A stretch of 64,000 nt of DNA from Candidatus Spongiisociaceae bacterium. Lineage in GTDB: Bacteria; Actinomycetota; Acidimicrobiia; Spongiisociales; Spongiisociaceae. Positions 60,547-64,000 of this stretch are shown in pieces; position 1 is the stretch's first letter, and every line of letters begins with the position of its first letter. The translations under genes and the position numbers were made by a program. Under the pieces are notes generated by a model. That model worked only from the letters and a program-made list of their open reading frames with translations. It was not told the origin of the DNA and ran no database searches. The stretch covers positions 1,248,001-1,312,000 of the forward strand of contig CBDCOH010000002.1 of NCBI GenBank assembly GCA_965219685.1, given 5' to 3'.

Positions 60547-61485
60547 GTGACGGTGGTAGCACGGGAGGCGTTGCCCTTAACGGATACCGTGGGCATGTAC
60601 CTGGAGGAAGTGTCGGCGCACTCCCTGCTGACAGCCGAGGACGAGATAAGGCTGGCGCGGACGATCGAGAGCGGCCTGGAGGCACGGGCCCGGTTGGACT
60701 CCTCGGACCGCCTCACTCCCCGCGAGTTCCGGAGGCTCCGGAGGCTGGCTCAGGAGGGTGAGCAGGCCAAAGTGGTGTTCATCCGTTCCAACCTGCGACT
60801 GGTCATCTCGATCGCGAAGCGCTACTCGGGGCGCGGTCTGGACCTCATCGACCTGATCCAGGAGGGCAACCTCGGACTGATCCGGGCTGTGGAGAAATTC
60901 GACTGGCGCAAGGGGTTCAAGTTCTCCACCTACGCCACCTGGTGGATCAGGCAGGCGATCACCCGTGGTCTCGGCAACCAGGCACGAACCATCCGGCTCC
61001 CGGTTCATATGGTGGACATCGTGCGAACCGTCAAGGAGACCGCCCGCACCCTGGCCGAGGAACACAGTCGCTACCCGACCCGCCAGGAGATCGCCGAGGC
61101 CAGCGGACTGGACATCGAGCGGGTCAACACAGCCCTCGACGCGCCCGGCAACACGGTGTCTCTCGATCGGCCGGTCGGCGAGGATGGCGACGCCGTGCTC
61201 GGCGACTTCGTGGAGGACACCAAGGCTCCGGACCCGTTCACCGAGGCGGCGGTGGCCGTGCGACGCGACCAGATCGAACAGGCGCTGGAGGTACTGGATC
61301 ACGATGAGCGTCTCGTGGTGGTCCAGCGGTACGGGATCGGCGGTTCGGAAGCACACACCCTGACCGCGATCGGAGCCATGATGGAACTGAGCCGCGAGCA
61401 TGTCCGCCAGATCGAGAAACGAGCCCTGTCGAAGCTACGGCACCCGAGCTTCGCCCTGGGCCTCAGGTATCTCCTCGAACTGTGA
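60547..61485 (+). CDS. Sigma-70 factor, RpoD/SigB-like, lacking region 1.1
   Basis: NLRLVISIAKRY, DLIQEGNLGL, KFSTYATWWIRQAI, SREHVRQIE; start approximate. Confidence 0.9.
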   Translation: MTVVAREALPLTDTVGMYLEEVSAHSLLTAEDEIRLARTIESGLEARARLDSSDRLTPREFRRLRRLAQEGEQAKVVFIRSNLRLVISIAKRYSGRGLDLIDLIQEGNLGLIRAVEKFDWRKGFKFSTYATWWIRQAITRGLGNQARTIRLPVHMVDIVRTVKETARTLAEEHSRYPTRQEIAEASGLDIERVNTALDAPGNTVSLDRPVGEDGDAVLGDFVEDTKAPDPFTEAAVAVRRDQIEQALEVLDHDERLVVVQRYGIGGSEAHTLTAIGAMMELSREHVRQIEKRALSKLRHPSFALGLRYLLEL

Positions 61486-61526
61486 CTGGTGGCCAGTGGC
61501 TACTGGCTATTCACCATTCACCAACC

Positions 61527-62939
61527 TCAGCCCACCGCGCCGGCTTCGGCCATGTTCAACTCGATGAGCCGGTTCATCTCGACCGCGTACTCCATCGGCA
61601 GTTCCTTGACGATCGGCTCGATGAACCCCGCCACAACCATCGAGGTGGCCTCGTCCTCGGTGAGACCTCGGCTCATCAGGTAGAAGAGCTGCTCCTCCCC
61701 CACCTTGGAAACAGTGGCCTCATGGCCGATCTGGGTGTCCGCCTCCTCGATCTCCATGTACGGGTACGTATCCGAGCGGCTGGCGTCGTCGAGTATCAGC
61801 GCGTCGCACCTGACGAAGGACTTGGCGTCCTCGGCGCCCGGCTCGACGCGGACCAAGCCCCGGTACCCTGCTCTGCCGCCACCCGTGCATATGGACTTCG
61901 ACAGGATGGTCGAGGTGGTATTGGGAGCGGCGTGCACCATCTTGGCGCCCGCGTCCTGATGCTGGCCCGAGCCCGCGAACGCGATCGACAGAACCTCGCC
62001 ATGGGCCCCGGGTTCCATCAGCCACACAGCCGGGTACTTCATAGTTAGTTTGGAACCGAGATTTCCGTCGACCCATTCCATCGTGGCGTCGGCGTAGGCG
62101 GCGGCCCGCTTGGTGACCAGGTTGTAGACGTTGTTCGACCAGTTCTGGATGGTGGTGTAGCGGCATCGTCCCCCGCGCTTGACCACGATCTCGACCACCG
62201 CCGAATGGAGTGAGTCGGTCGTGTGGACCGGAGCGCTGCAACCTTCGACGTAATGGCAGAAGGCCCCCTCGTCGACGATGATGAGCGTCCGCTCGAACTG
62301 GCCCATGTTCTCGGAGTTGATCCGGAAGTAAGCCTGAAGGGGCTGGTCGACGTGGACCCCGGGCGGCACGTAGATGAAGGAACCACCGGACCAGACGGCC
62401 GAGTTGAGGGCCGCGAACTTGTTGTCGTTGGGGGGAATCACCGTACCGAAATGCTCACGGACCAGGTCGGGATGGTCCCTCACCGCCGAGTCCATGTCCA
62501 TGAACAGGACGCCCAGGCTCTCCAGGTCCTCCCGGTTGCGGTGGTAGACGACCTCCGACTCGTACTGGGCCGTGACCCCGGCCAGGAACTTGCGCTCCGC
62601 CTCGGGGATCCCCAACTTCTCGTAGGTGTCCTTGATGGACTCGGGCACCATGTCCCAGTCCTTGGCCTGCTGCTCGGCAGGCTTGACGTAGTAGTAGATG
62701 TCGTCGAAGTCGATCTCGTCGAGGAGCCCGCCCCCACCCCAGGTGGGTATGGGCCGCCTGAGGAAGCGACGGTACGCCTTGAGGCGGAACTTCAGCATCC
62801 ATTCGGGCTCGCCTTTGATGAACGACATCTCCCGGATGATGTCCTCGTTGAGACCCTTCTCGGGTTTGAAGATGTAGTCGTCCTCCGGGTCGCTCCAACC
62901 GAGTTTGTATGCGCCTAGGTCGATGTCAACTGTGGTCAT
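61527..62939 (-). CDS. sufB: Fe-S assembly protein SufB
   Basis: [41 protein letters not shown]. Confidence 0.96.
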   Translation of the reverse strand: MTTVDIDLGAYKLGWSDPEDDYIFKPEKGLNEDIIREMSFIKGEPEWMLKFRLKAYRRFLRRPIPTWGGGGLLDEIDFDDIYYYVKPAEQQAKDWDMVPESIKDTYEKLGIPEAERKFLAGVTAQYESEVVYHRNREDLESLGVLFMDMDSAVRDHPDLVREHFGTVIPPNDNKFAALNSAVWSGGSFIYVPPGVHVDQPLQAYFRINSENMGQFERTLIIVDEGAFCHYVEGCSAPVHTTDSLHSAVVEIVVKRGGRCRYTTIQNWSNNVYNLVTKRAAAYADATMEWVDGNLGSKLTMKYPAVWLMEPGAHGEVLSIAFAGSGQHQDAGAKMVHAAPNTTSTILSKSICTGGGRAGYRGLVRVEPGAEDAKSFVRCDALILDDASRSDTYPYMEIEEADTQIGHEATVSKVGEEQLFYLMSRGLTEDEATSMVVAGFIEPIVKELPMEYAVEMNRLIELNMAEAGAVG

Positions 62940-63068
62940 GGGATGCTCCCACCATTACCTCTTCGAGCTGTCGGGATGAGCGGTCCGCAGCGGGGCCGCT
63001 CGCCCCTCATCATAGCTTCGCCCGAGGTCAATCAGAGCAACAATTACCGTGCCCCGGGCGGATTTCCA

Positions 63069-64000
63069 TCACCGCCAGGGCATGTCCGCCGGAGTGACTA
63101 CGGCCGGCATCCTCGTGTCGCCGACCAGGTACCGATTCACGGCCGCGGCACAACTGCGCCCCTCCGCTATCGCCCAGACGATGAGGGACTGGCCGCGGCC
63201 CATGTCCCCGGCCACGAACACCCCGTCGACGTTCGTGGACCAGTTGCGGTCCCTTGCCACGGTGCCCCTGGGCGTGAGTTCCACGCCCAGTTGCTCCAGC
63301 ATGGGCGAACGCTCCGGTCCGGTAAAGCCGAGCGCCAGCAGCACCAGGTCGGCCCTGAACTCCTGGTCGGTGCCGTCCTTCCGGTCGAAGTGCATGCGGC
63401 CGTCCCGGAAGGACAGATCGACGCGGTGGGTCCTGAGAGCCGCGACCCGTCCGTGACCGTCCCCGACGAACTCCTCGGTGTTGATGGCGAACTCGCGGGC
63501 CCCGCCCTCCTCGTGCGCGGATGAGACTCGGTAGATGAGTGGCCATGTCGGCCATGGGGTGTTGTCGGGCCGGTCATCGGGCGGGCGGGGCATGATCTCG
63601 AACTGGTGAACGGAGGCGGCGCCCTGCCGGTGGACGGTACCTAGGCAGTCGGCTCCGGTGTCGCCTCCACCGATGATGACGACGTGCTTGCCGGCCGCCG
63701 AGATCGGAGGCTGCCCCATGTCGCCGGACTGGACCCGGTTGGCCATGGGAAGGAACTCCATCGCCTGATGGATCCCGTCGAGATGCCTCCCCGGGATGGG
63801 CAGTTCGCGCCACCGGGTTGCTCCCGCAGCCAGCACCACCGCGTCGAACTCGGCCATCAGCCGGTCGGCGGTCGGGTCGACGCCCACGTCGGCGTTGACC
63901 ACGAAGCGGGTGCCCTCCTCCTCCATCTGGGCCAGGCGGCGGTCGAGGAAGCGCTTCTCCATCTTGAACTCGGGTATGCCGTAACGCAGCAGTCCCCCGA
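63069..64000 (-). CDS. gltD: Glutamate synthase small subunit (5' end outside the window)
   Basis: IGGGDTGADC, AGDMGRGQSLIVWAIAEGR. Confidence 0.93.
   Translation of the reverse strand, partial: GGLLRYGIPEFKMEKRFLDRRLAQMEEEGTRFVVNADVGVDPTADRLMAEFDAVVLAAGATRWRELPIPGRHLDGIHQAMEFLPMANRVQSGDMGQPPISAAGKHVVIIGGGDTGADCLGTVHRQGAASVHQFEIMPRPPDDRPDNTPWPTWPLIYRVSSAHEEGGAREFAINTEEFVGDGHGRVAALRTHRVDLSFRDGRMHFDRKDGTDQEFRADLVLLALGFTGPERSPMLEQLGVELTPRGTVARDRNWSTNVDGVFVAGDMGRGQSLIVWAIAEGRSCAAAVNRYLVGDTRMPAVVTPADMPWR

Overview
High-GC, gene-dense chromosomal segment. Gene content and order suggest an actinobacterium, most likely Acidimicrobiia (inference); the plant-type LRR protein hints at a host- or sponge-associated lifestyle. 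Most genes are housekeeping: cofG, sulP, ffh-rpsP-khpA-rimM, upp-ATL-pdp-etfBA, LigC/PrimPol, recG-rsmD-coaD-sepIVA-yceD-rpmF-plsX-rnc-fpg-smc-ftsY-cdd, hydrolase-murF-ddl, acs-fabI, lpdA-E2-lipB/lipA, a split SUF system with two sufC, fumC, an MprAB-like pair, udgB, a sigma-70 factor and gltD. No rRNA, tRNA, CRISPR array or intact transposase was seen. The least explained signals are intergenic: (1) four diverged ~255-bp elements with paired termini, mostly CTAG-bounded and overlapping gene stop codons, plus fragments; (2) 7-bp tandem arrays that start at gene stop codons and repeat the stop in all three frames; (3) two dispersed small membrane proteins sharing a 17-aa motif with clear synonymous divergence; (4) a palindrome shared by the promoters of small orphan membrane-protein genes; (5) an IS3-type MITE and a triple MprA-type box. 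Several start codons were re-called by eye from the ORF track, and all product calls rest on motif recognition, not database searches.
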